A DNA stretch of 63,989 nucleotides, counting the filler, from Myxococcota bacterium (GTDB taxonomy: Bacteria > Myxococcota > Myxococcia > Myxococcales > Myxococcaceae), in assembly GCA_049322255.1 (NCBI GenBank). It is 4 parts of 4 records of this genome, joined end to end, with 100 filler letters (N's around TTAATTAATTAA, not from the genome) between each part and the next. Parts side by side here need not be neighbours in the genome. Positions count along the whole stretch, not along the records: positions 1 to 30,181 come from JBMORE010000042.1; 3 more parts are not named here. One strand, written 5' to 3'. This document shows, piece by piece, positions 8,600 to 17,019 of this stretch (position 1 is its first letter; each line of letters starts with the position of its first letter). A model generated the notes under the pieces. It was not told the DNA's origin and ran no database searches. It was given only the letters and a program-made list of their open reading frames with translations. The translations under genes and the position numbers were made by a program.

Positions 8600-9759
8600 C
8601 ACTCCGCCAGCGCCTCGTAGACCTCTTCGGCGGTCTGATAGCGGTCGTCGGGCTCCTTGCGGATGAGCCGGTGCGCCACCCGGGCGAGCTGCTTGTCCGC
8701 CCGCGCGTTGAGCGTCTGGAGTGGCGCGGCCTCGGTTTCGAGCACCTTCTGCCACAGCTCGTAGGGGGTGCGCGCATCGAACGGCGGCCGCCCCGAGAGC
8801 AGCTCGTAGAGAATGACGCCCAAGGAGTAGAGGTCAGCGCGGCCGTCGAGCGGCTCACCCAGGACCTGCTCCGGCGCCATGTAGCGGAAAGTGCCCACCA
8901 GCCGGCCATCGGCGGTGACCGCGGCGTCGTCGGCGAGAAACTTGGCCAAGCCGAAGTCCATCAGCCGCACTTGGCGATCTTCGTCGACCATCACGTTGGA
9001 GGGCTTCAAGTCGCGGTGCACCAGGCCGTGCCCGTGGATGTAGGCGAGCGCCCGGCACAGCTGGAGCATCGCGTCTTTCAACCGGCCGACCCGCTCGGGG
9101 TGGTTGAGCGCTTCGAGATCGACTTCGAGCGGCTTGGCCACAGGCTCCGGCGCGGAGACGCCCACGTCGAAAGGGAGCACCGTCTCGGTGGAGAAGGGCA
9201 AGTCGGTGTCCGGTTCGTCGGCGGCATCGGCGAGCGCGCGCACCGAGGCCGGGCCGGAAGCGTAAGCAGCCTCCTCCGAAGGGGTCTCGTTGGCGTACTC
9301 GGAGAGAGAGAAAGGCGAAGGGGCGTAGTCGCCCGACGCGTCGCTGTCGTCCAGCGAGAGGCTGTCGGAGTCGCCGACGTGAGAGGGAGGCGCCGAAGCC
9401 TGGCGGCTTTTGCGAATGGCGTTGGACAGGCCGCTGGGGCTTTCCAGCTCTGTGCTGGCGAGGGAGAGGTACTGGCGCAAGGTGAGCCCGTCGACCAGCT
9501 CCATCGCTAGGTAGGGGTAACCCTGGTGGACGCCGGTGTCGAAGACCTTGACCACGTTGGGGTGCGACAGGTCGGCGAGCGTCTCGAACTCCCTGGCCAG
9601 CCGGCGCGCCGCGCGGGGGTCGAGCGCAGGCCCCGTCGAAAGCAGCTTGAGCGCCGCCGGCTCTCCGCTGCGGCGGTCGATGGCGCGGTAGACAGTGCCC
9701 ACGCCGCCGCTGCCGATTGTTTCCAGCACGCGGTAGGGGCCGATGACCTTCGGAGGCAT
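8599..9759 (-). CDS. Ser/Thr protein kinase with a long acidic low-complexity insert
   Basis: [25 protein letters not shown]; start chosen at MPPKVIGPY. Confidence 0.88.
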   Translation of the reverse strand: MPPKVIGPYRVLETIGSGGVGTVYRAIDRRSGEPAALKLLSTGPALDPRAARRLAREFETLADLSHPNVVKVFDTGVHQGYPYLAMELVDGLTLRQYLSLASTELESPSGLSNAIRKSRQASAPPSHVGDSDSLSLDDSDASGDYAPSPFSLSEYANETPSEEAAYASGPASVRALADAADEPDTDLPFSTETVLPFDVGVSAPEPVAKPLEVDLEALNHPERVGRLKDAMLQLCRALAYIHGHGLVHRDLKPSNVMVDEDRQVRLMDFGLAKFLADDAAVTADGRLVGTFRYMAPEQVLGEPLDGRADLYSLGVILYELLSGRPPFDARTPYELWQKVLETEAAPLQTLNARADKQLARVAHRLIRKEPDDRYQTAEEVYEALAE

Positions 9760-9796
9760 GGAAGCCGCGCGATCATAACAGCTAAGATGCGCTGAG

Positions 9797-10534
9797 GTGT
9801 CCGAGCTCGAATCAAAGGTGAAGTCGCGGCCGTTGCCGCGCCACGTGGGCATCATCATGGATGGCAACGGGCGGTGGGCCCAGAAGAAAGGCCGCCCACG
9901 GGTGGAGGGGCACAAGGAGGGCTCGCAGAGCGTGCGCGAGGTGACCCGTGCCGCGCGGCGGGTGGGGGTGAAGGCCCTCACCCTCTATGCGTTCTCCTCG
10001 CAGAACTGGTCGCGGCCTGACGAGGAGGTCGCCGCGCTGATGGAGCTCTTGCGCGAGTATCTGGAAAAAGAGCGCGCCGAGATTTTGGACAACGGCATTC
10101 GGCTTCACGCGATCGGCGAGCTGGACAGGCTCCCTGCGTTCGTGCGCGAGCCGTTGGAGACGTTGCGGGCCGACTCGGCGGCAAATCAGACGATGGTGCT
10201 CACCTTGGCGCTCAGCTACGGCGGTCGGGAGGAGATTCTCCACGCCGCCCGCCGCCTCGCGCAGCGCCCCGATGCCTCCCAAGCCACGGAGTCCGACTTC
10301 GAGGCGCTCTTGTGGACCGCGCTCTTGCCGCCGCTCGATCTGGTCATCCGTACCAGCGGGGAAAAGCGGCTCTCCAACTTCCTCCTGTGGCAGGCGGCGT
10401 ACGCCGAGCTGATGTTCGTCGACACGCCTTGGCCCGAGTTTCGCGGCGAGGCGTTGGTGGAGTGTCTGGCCGCCTACCAGAACCGGGAGCGGCGCTTCGG
10501 TAAGACGTCGGCACAGCTCAAGGCCACTTGGTGA
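9797..10534 (+). CDS. uppS: Undecaprenyl diphosphate synthase
   Basis: [37 protein letters not shown]. Confidence 0.95.
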   Translation: MSELESKVKSRPLPRHVGIIMDGNGRWAQKKGRPRVEGHKEGSQSVREVTRAARRVGVKALTLYAFSSQNWSRPDEEVAALMELLREYLEKERAEILDNGIRLHAIGELDRLPAFVREPLETLRADSAANQTMVLTLALSYGGREEILHAARRLAQRPDASQATESDFEALLWTALLPPLDLVIRTSGEKRLSNFLLWQAAYAELMFVDTPWPEFRGEALVECLAAYQNRERRFGKTSAQLKATW

Positions 10535-11358
10535 ACGAGAAGAACAAGAACCTGGTGGTGCGCATCGCCTCCGCCCTCGTCTTGTTGCCGCTCGTCCTTT
10601 TCCTCTTGGTGAAGGGCGGCTACTTCAGCGCGGGGCTGATGGGGTGGGCAGCGGCGGTGTGCGCGTGGGAGTACTACGTCATCACCCAGAAGAAACTTTC
10701 GCCCATCGCCGTGGTGGGCATTGCCCTGGCGGGGCTGTTTCCGCTCCTCCCCGTGTGGCGGCCGGAGCAGCTGGGCACCATCGCCTTTTGGTCCACCGCG
10801 GGGTTTTTCTTCCTCGCCTGGGGGTACCACCTGGTGCGCGGGCCGCTCCACGAGGCGCCGGTCATCGTCGGGCATCTGGTGGTGGGGCTTCTCTACGGCT
10901 CGCTGGGAATGACCGCGCTCTCCGGGCTGCGTGAAGGCACGCACGGGTTTCTGTGGGTGCTTTGCGCGCTCATCGTCACCTGGCTCAACGACACCGCTGC
11001 CTACTTCACCGGGCGCGCGTTCGGCCGGCACAAGCTGTACCCACAGGTCAGCCCGCACAAGACGTGGGAAGGTTTTTTCGGAGGCGTGGCCGGATCGGTG
11101 GGGGGCTTGTTCGCCGCCAAGTACCTGTTCTTTTCCGAGCTCTCGGTGCTCGACTGCCTGGTGGTCGGCTTGGCGGGCGGAGTCTTGGGTCCTGCGGGAG
11201 ACCTGTGCGAGTCGATGGTGAAGCGTGCTTACGACGTGAAGGACTCGGGGCGCATCATCCCCGGCCACGGGGGGCTGCTCGACCGCATCGATGCGCTGCT
11301 TTTCAACGCTCCCATGGTGTACGTGTACGCCCACTTCATCCGCTCGGCGCTGGGGTGA
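10531..11358 (+). CDS. cdsA: Phosphatidate cytidylyltransferase
   Basis: SPHKTWEG, GDLCESMVKR..VKDSG.IIPGHGGLLDRID; GTGA overlap with uppS. Confidence 0.95.
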   Translation: MNEKNKNLVVRIASALVLLPLVLFLLVKGGYFSAGLMGWAAAVCAWEYYVITQKKLSPIAVVGIALAGLFPLLPVWRPEQLGTIAFWSTAGFFFLAWGYHLVRGPLHEAPVIVGHLVVGLLYGSLGMTALSGLREGTHGFLWVLCALIVTWLNDTAAYFTGRAFGRHKLYPQVSPHKTWEGFFGGVAGSVGGLFAAKYLFFSELSVLDCLVVGLAGGVLGPAGDLCESMVKRAYDVKDSGRIIPGHGGLLDRIDALLFNAPMVYVYAHFIRSALG

Positions 11359-11403
11359 GCTTCGCGTTGTTCGCCCCGGGGCGGGGGATTAACCTTCGCG
11401 ACT

Positions 11404-13041
11404 ATGGACGGTCTTCAGAAACTGGGTTTCTTCTTGATTCTGTTGGGTGTGCTCGTGTTCGTGCACGAGCTCGGCCACTTCCTCGTCGCCAAGCTCCTCA
11501 ACGTCAAAGTGCTCAAGTTCTCCATCGGCTTCGGGCCGCGCATCTTCGGCTTCACCCGGGGAGAGACCGAGTACCGCGTCTCGTGGATTCCATTGGGGGG
11601 CTACGTGAAGATGGCGGGGGAGCAGCCCTACGAGGAGCTTCCTCCCGAGGAGGCCAAGCGAGGCTTCCTCGCCCAGGCACCGTGGAAGCGAGCGCTCATC
11701 GTGGTCGCCGGGCCGGCGTTCAACCTCATCTTTCCGATCTTCGTTTACTTCTTCGTCTTCTTAGGAACGCACCAGGAAATCTCCACCCGCATCGGCTCGG
11801 TGGAGCCGGGGCTGCCGGCGGCGCAGGCCAAGCTCGAGCCGGGGGACCGCATCCTCAAAGTCGACGGCAACGAGGTGCGCACCTTCGAGGAGCTGCGCGA
11901 TGCCCTGCAGGACATCTACAACCGCCCGGTGCCGGTCACCGTCGAGCGCGAGGGAAAGGTGTTCGTCACCGACATCACTCCCGCGAAGACGGTGGAGACC
12001 AACCCCATCGCCAAAGTGACTCGCGGGCTCATCGGCATCTCGCCCATCGCCAAGCCACCAGTGATCGGCGTGCCCCCCGGCTCCGCCGCCGAAGCCGCCG
12101 GTCTGAAGACACACGACCGAATCCTTTCCCTGAACGGACAGCCAGTGAAGGACGAGGTGGCCTTGCGCGCGCTCCTGGCCAAAACCAACGGGACGTTGGA
12201 GCTGGAGGTTCAGCGCTCCGACTCGCTCGACTTGCCCGGCGCGCCCGTGCAGTTGCCCAGGGTGGTGAAGCTCTCCATGGCGCGGCAAGAGGGTGAGGCC
12301 TACGCGGCGTTGGGCGCGGAGCGGGGGGACCTCTACGTGGCGTCGGTGCTCCCAGGCAGTCCGGCGGAGGGCGCGGGGTTGAAGCCTGGCGATCGGCTGA
12401 TGGAGCTCAATGGCCAGCCGATTCATTCGTGGCTCATCTTTCAGTACTTGTTGCGCGACGTGGAGAAGAAGCCCTTCACGCTCACTTGGAGGTCGGGGAC
12501 GGAGGTCAAAAGCCAAGAGTTGACCCAGGTCCCAGTGGAGGTCGACGACGACTTCAAGCAGACCACCGAGGTGCTGGACGTCGGGGTGCGGCCCAAGGCG
12601 GCGTTCGCCGAGCTGGGCGACCCGGAGATGGTCACCCTGCACATGAACGTGGCGCAGGCGTTCGCGGCGTCGACGAAGGTGGTGCCGGCGATCATCGGGC
12701 AGACGGCGCTGGTGATCGGCAAGCTCTTCACCGGGAGCGTGCCGTTCAAACAGGTGGGTGGTCCGCTGATGCTCTTCGACATCGCGGCGAAGACCGCCGA
12801 GCGGGGGCTGGACCACTTCCTTCAGGCGATGGCGGTGCTGTCGATCAACTTGGGGCTGATGAACCTCTTGCCCATTCCCATTCTCGATGGCTTTCACCTG
12901 CTGGCGGCCATCTGGGAGGGCATTCGCCGCCGCCCCATTCCCGTGCGCGCGCGCGAGGTCGCCAACATGGTGGGCCTGGCGCTCTTGGCGGTGCTGATGG
13001 TGATGGTGTTCAAGAACGACATCACCCGGTACATGCGTTGA
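11404..13041 (+). CDS. rseP: RIP metalloprotease RseP with multiple PDZ domains
   Basis: HELGH, IPLGGYVKM, AGPAFN, repeated G(L/D)R PDZ motifs, NLLPIPILDG. Confidence 0.92.
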   Translation: MDGLQKLGFFLILLGVLVFVHELGHFLVAKLLNVKVLKFSIGFGPRIFGFTRGETEYRVSWIPLGGYVKMAGEQPYEELPPEEAKRGFLAQAPWKRALIVVAGPAFNLIFPIFVYFFVFLGTHQEISTRIGSVEPGLPAAQAKLEPGDRILKVDGNEVRTFEELRDALQDIYNRPVPVTVEREGKVFVTDITPAKTVETNPIAKVTRGLIGISPIAKPPVIGVPPGSAAEAAGLKTHDRILSLNGQPVKDEVALRALLAKTNGTLELEVQRSDSLDLPGAPVQLPRVVKLSMARQEGEAYAALGAERGDLYVASVLPGSPAEGAGLKPGDRLMELNGQPIHSWLIFQYLLRDVEKKPFTLTWRSGTEVKSQELTQVPVEVDDDFKQTTEVLDVGVRPKAAFAELGDPEMVTLHMNVAQAFAASTKVVPAIIGQTALVIGKLFTGSVPFKQVGGPLMLFDIAAKTAERGLDHFLQAMAVLSINLGLMNLLPIPILDGFHLLAAIWEGIRRRPIPVRAREVANMVGLALLAVLMVMVFKNDITRYMR

Positions 13042-13442
13042 GGCTGGCGGCGTTCCTGGTCTTACTCTTCGCCGCCGTCGGTTGCCGCGGGGGCCGGCCC
13101 GACCGGCCTTCCGGCGATTTTCTCATGGAGGGGGTGGCTTCGTATTACGGCGAGGGCTTTCACGGCCGCCTCACCGCGAGCGGCGAGCGCTTCGACAAGA
13201 ACCAAATGACCGCGGCGCATCCCAAACTGAAGTTCGGAACATGCCTGCGGGTTCGCCACCTGGCCAATGGCCGCGAGGTAAAGGTGCGGGTGAACGACCG
13301 CGGACCCTTCGCAGGCGGGCGCATCATCGATCTCTCAGAAGGAGCGGCCCGCAAGCTGGGCATGCTCGAAGAAGGCGTCACCAGGGTCCGACTCTCACGC
13401 TGCGACGAACCCCCCTCTCCCCCTGGGAGAGGGAAAGGGTGA
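13038..13442 (+). CDS. rlpA: RlpA-family (DPBB) lipoprotein
   Basis: Lipobox AVGC; ASYYG, TASGE, TAAH, VNDRGPF..RIIDLS; TTG start inferred; stop inside a REP. Confidence 0.85.
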   Translation: MRLAAFLVLLFAAVGCRGGRPDRPSGDFLMEGVASYYGEGFHGRLTASGERFDKNQMTAAHPKLKFGTCLRVRHLANGREVKVRVNDRGPFAGGRIIDLSEGAARKLGMLEEGVTRVRLSRCDEPPSPPGRGKG

Positions 13443-13446
13443 GGGG
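13413..13446 (-). repeat. REP-like hairpin containing the rlpA stop
   Basis: CCCTCTCCCCCTGGGAGAGGGAAAGGGTGAGGGG. Confidence 0.9.
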
Positions 13447-13517
13447 TGCGAGCTCGCTTTCTGGCGCTGCTGTTCCGCCTTTCCGTCTTTTGTGCGGTTG
13501 GGGTAATCCCGCCTGCC

Positions 13518-14285
13518 TTGTTCCTCGCCCTCGACAGCTCGACCCTCACCCTCTCGCTGGCGCTCCTGGAGCACGCCGACGGCGGCGTGCGCGTCATCGA
13601 GTCCTTCGAGGAGGGGCCGCCCAAGAAGCAGAGCCAGATGCTCCCGGGAGTCATCGGCGAGTTGCTCGCGCGCCATGGCGTGCGCCTGGAGGAGCTTCAG
13701 GGCATCGCCATCGGCTTGGGGCCTGGCTCCTTCACGGGGCTGCGCATCGGGCTGGCCACGGTGAAGGCGCTCTCGTACGCCGCCCGGCTCGAGGTGGTGG
13801 GTGTCTCTTCTCTCGCCGCCGTCGCCTTGGAGGGGCCCGCTGGGGTGGAGCTCCGCCCCTGCGCCGTCGCCCGCCAAAACGAGCTCTATGTCGGCCACTA
13901 CCGCCGCGAGGGCGAGGGGGTGACGTCGATCTCCCCCGAGCGAGCGCTCACCCCTGCGGAGCTGGCGGAGGAGCTGCGCGCTTCCCTCACCCTTGCCCTC
14001 TCCCAAAGGGAGAGGGATGCGCAGCTCGCTTTGGGCCCGGCGATCTCCGAGTACCGTTCACGGCTCGAGGCGCTCGGGGTGTCGGCCCGGCAGCTTCTCG
14101 ACGAGCCCCGCTTTCCGCACGCATCGGCGGTGGCGAAGCTCGCTCACTTCTCCGGGCGTTACGACGCGCAGGCAATCTTCGCCCTCGAGCCACATTACGT
14201 TCGCGCCTCCGAGGCCGAGCGCAACCCCAAGTTCCCGCCGCTCCCAGGTCCTGCACCTTTGGCGCGCATCAAGAAGGAGGAATGA
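13518..14285 (+). CDS. tsaB: tRNA threonylcarbamoyladenosine biosynthesis protein TsaB
   Basis: LALDSST, GPGSFTGLRIG, LEPHYVR; TTG start inferred. Confidence 0.88.
   Translation: MFLALDSSTLTLSLALLEHADGGVRVIESFEEGPPKKQSQMLPGVIGELLARHGVRLEELQGIAIGLGPGSFTGLRIGLATVKALSYAARLEVVGVSSLAAVALEGPAGVELRPCAVARQNELYVGHYRREGEGVTSISPERALTPAELAEELRASLTLALSQRERDAQLALGPAISEYRSRLEALGVSARQLLDEPRFPHASAVAKLAHFSGRYDAQAIFALEPHYVRASEAERNPKFPPLPGPAPLARIKKEE
13984..14016 (+). repeat. REP-like hairpin lying in frame inside tsaB
   Basis: CCCTCACCCTTGCCCTCTCCCAAAGGGAGAGGG, read as LTLALSQRERD. Confidence 0.9.
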
Positions 14286-14286
14286 C

Positions 14287-15288
14287 GTGACGGCTCCGAG
14301 GCAAGTGTGCGTGGTAGGCGCCACCGGAGTGGTGGGGCGCGAAGTCTTGACGGCGCTGCGCGACGCCGGTGTCCCCTCGGAGCAGGTGACGGCGCTCGCC
14401 TCCGAGCGTTCGGAAGGCACGGAGGTGGAGTTTGGGGACGACACCCTCGAGGTGGAGAAGGCCTCGGCCGAGTCCTTCCGCGGCGCGGGGCTGGCTCTCT
14501 TTGCCACTCCGGCCGAGGTTTCCCGCACGCTCGCTCCTGCGGCGCAGGCTGCCGGAGCGTGGGCGGTGGACGCCAGCGCTGCCTTTCGCATCGATTCCAA
14601 GGTGCCGCTTCTGCTGGCCGGCTTCAACGACTCGGCGCCCATGCCGGCTGCCGGCCGCGTCGTCGGTACGCCCTCGGCGGCGGTGAGCGCGCTCGTCCTC
14701 GCGCTCGAGCCTTTGCGCCACGCCTTCGGCCTCGCCGACGTGCATGTCACCGGCATGCTCGGCGCTTCCTCGATGGGAAAAGCGGGCATCGACGAGCTGG
14801 CGCGGCAGACGGCCGACCTTCTCTCGGGGCGTGAGCTGGAAGCGCGGGCCTTTCCCCAACGGCTGGCGTTCAACCTGGTGCCGCACGTGGGCGACTTCGA
14901 CGGCCCGTGGAGCGCGGAGGAACGCAATTGGTCCGCCGAGTGTGCGCGGCTTTGGAAAAACGGCGAGGCACCGCCTGTCCGCGCCACGGCTCTCTTCGCC
15001 CCCGTTTTCTACGGCGCCTATCTCTCGGTGGCCGTGCGCCTGGACAAGCGCGCGACGCTCGAGGAGGTTCGCAGCGTGTGGAAGGCCGCGCGCGCCCTCA
15101 AGCTCCTCGACGTTCCGGCCGAGCGTGTTTACCCGATGCCCATGTTGGTGACCGCCGACCCCACGGTGCACGTCGGCCGGGCTCGGGTGGAAAATGATTG
15201 GCTCTACTTCATCGCCGCGGTGGACAACGCCGGCCGCGCCGCCCACAACTTGGTGCAAATCGGCCAAGCACTGCTGGCCAAGGTGTGA
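14287..15288 (+). CDS. Aspartate-semialdehyde dehydrogenase-like (Usg-like) protein lacking catalytic Cys/His
   Basis: VVGATGVVG, ASERS.G, VDASAAFR, LAFNLVP, GRAR; PNC replaced by PSA and GH by GA. Confidence 0.75.
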   Translation: MTAPRQVCVVGATGVVGREVLTALRDAGVPSEQVTALASERSEGTEVEFGDDTLEVEKASAESFRGAGLALFATPAEVSRTLAPAAQAAGAWAVDASAAFRIDSKVPLLLAGFNDSAPMPAAGRVVGTPSAAVSALVLALEPLRHAFGLADVHVTGMLGASSMGKAGIDELARQTADLLSGRELEARAFPQRLAFNLVPHVGDFDGPWSAEERNWSAECARLWKNGEAPPVRATALFAPVFYGAYLSVAVRLDKRATLEEVRSVWKAARALKLLDVPAERVYPMPMLVTADPTVHVGRARVENDWLYFIAAVDNAGRAAHNLVQIGQALLAKV

Positions 15289-15402
15289 CATTTTGGCAAG
15301 CGCTTTGTCCAGCCGAGGGCCTGCTTGCTGGAAAACCCTGGGAATGAACGGAGGATGGGCCCTCGCCCTCGTGGCCTTGGCCTTGCTTCTTCCGTGTGGA
15401 CG

Positions 15403-16290
15403 ATGAACCGCTTGGCCCTCCTCGCCCTCCTGATGCCCGCCCTGGCGCTCGCCCAGATAACCACCGGCAGCTTCGTGCAGACCCAGGTCAATGCGAGGGA
15501 TGAGCTGACCTTCGGCCCTGGCGAGTGCGAAGCCCCCATTCAAGTCACCTGGAGCGTGGGCATCACCGGAGTGGTGTGCTCCGACCTCGAGGTGTGGGTC
15601 ACCCCAAGCACCTCCTGCGGGGAGAAGCCGGGCGACAACGACTTCAAGTTCCAGTCTCTTCCTCCCTCTCTTTTCGCCAACCAGCGGACCGGAACGTTCG
15701 TTTTGCGCGTGCGCGAGCTGCCGGCGTTTTCGTCTCCCAACACCGCGGTGTGTGGCGATGCGGGGCTGGAGAAGGAACACCGCGTCTGCGCCGCCTTCAC
15801 CTTGGGCACCTTCGACTGTGTCACCAGCCAGCGTACGGTGCTTCGACCCGCCTCGCCGGCCATGGTGAGCTACGACTCGTTGCCGCCGCAGAGCCCGGTC
15901 GTCTCCTCGGTCACCGCGGGAGACCGCTCCATCACCGTCACCTTCTCGACCGACGCCGACACGGTGGTGGTGGACGCCGAGGTGAAAAAGCAGACCGAGA
16001 GTGACTTTCACGTGGCGGCCAGCAGCGCGCCCAGCTCGTTCACCGTGCGCATCGACGACCTCGAGAACAACGCCATCCATGAGGTGCGTCTGGTAGCGCG
16101 CGACAAAGCGGGCAACGTCAGCGCGCCCTCCGCCACTTTTTCCGCCACGCCCCTGCACACCCAGGGGTTCTTCGAGGTCTACCGGCGCGCGGGAGGCACC
16201 GACCAAGGCTGTACAGCCGCCGGAGGTGGCATGCTCGCAAGCGCGGCCCTGCTCGCCGCCCGGCTGTTTTCGAGGAGAAAAAGCTCATGA
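15403..16290 (+). CDS. Secreted FN3-domain protein with MYXO-CTERM-like anchor (MXAN_2561-like)
   Basis: Signal peptide, FN3-like ARDKAGNVS, C-terminal GG..QGC + hydrophobic stretch + RRK. Confidence 0.65.
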   Translation: MNRLALLALLMPALALAQITTGSFVQTQVNARDELTFGPGECEAPIQVTWSVGITGVVCSDLEVWVTPSTSCGEKPGDNDFKFQSLPPSLFANQRTGTFVLRVRELPAFSSPNTAVCGDAGLEKEHRVCAAFTLGTFDCVTSQRTVLRPASPAMVSYDSLPPQSPVVSSVTAGDRSITVTFSTDADTVVVDAEVKKQTESDFHVAASSAPSSFTVRIDDLENNAIHEVRLVARDKAGNVSAPSATFSATPLHTQGFFEVYRRAGGTDQGCTAAGGGMLASAALLAARLFSRRKSS

Positions 16291-17012
16291 GCGCACGGTT
16301 TTTCATGGCGATGGCGCTGCTCGTTGCAAGCGGAGCGAGCGCGCAAGGGCTCGTTCACACCGGTACACCCAAGTACGAGGCGCTGGAGCTCAAGCTGGGC
16401 GGCTACAAGCCCCTCATCGTCCGCGAGGCAGGCCTTGCCAGCGACCCCTACCGTGACGTCTTCGGCGCCGGGGCGATGCTGCTCGCCGAGCTCGAGTACG
16501 ACCGGCAGCTGTGGCAAGAGGTGGGCACCATCGCGGTGGGCTTTTCCATCGGCTACGCGGAGAAGTTCGGCAGCGCCCTGGTGGGAGAGCAAAACGGCGC
16601 CGCGGTCACCCAGGAGGTCTCCGAGCGCACCGGGCTCAAGGTGCTGCCGCTCAAGCTCATGGGGGTCTACCGGTTCGACTACGCCGCGCTGCACTGGAAC
16701 GTGCCGGTGGTGCCCTACGGGAAGGTGGGGCTCGCCTACACCCCGTGGTGGTCGGTGAAGGGAGCGAACGTGGAGTTCGCCGACGGCTTGCGCGGTGCGG
16801 GCGCCCAGTGGGGTTGGGCGGCGGTGGGCGGCATCTCCTTGATGCTCGATTTCCTCGAGCCGAGGCTGGCGAAAGACTTCGACTCGGACATGGGGGTCAA
16901 CCACAGCTACCTGTTCGCCGAGTACGTCCACCAGGACGTCAACGACTTCGGAGCCGGGGGGCTCGATCTCTCCAGCCGGCACTGGATGTTTGGTCTGACG
17001 CTGGAGTACTGA
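16287..17012 (+). CDS. Outer-membrane beta-barrel protein (MXAN_2562-like)
   Basis: Signal peptide, amphipathic aromatic strands, terminal GLTLEY; ATGA overlap. Confidence 0.65.
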   Translation: MSARFFMAMALLVASGASAQGLVHTGTPKYEALELKLGGYKPLIVREAGLASDPYRDVFGAGAMLLAELEYDRQLWQEVGTIAVGFSIGYAEKFGSALVGEQNGAAVTQEVSERTGLKVLPLKLMGVYRFDYAALHWNVPVVPYGKVGLAYTPWWSVKGANVEFADGLRGAGAQWGWAAVGGISLMLDFLEPRLAKDFDSDMGVNHSYLFAEYVHQDVNDFGAGGLDLSSRHWMFGLTLEY

Positions 17013-17019
17013 AGGAACG

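Noticed and set aside
11358..11404. Missing dxr between cdsA and rseP
   Set aside because: Expected if the organism uses the mevalonate pathway, as many myxobacteria do; not unusual.
13413..14016. Inward-tailed REP pair as a cassette carrying the 5' part of tsaB
   Set aside because: It would split a core gene; independent insertions at high REP density are more parsimonious.
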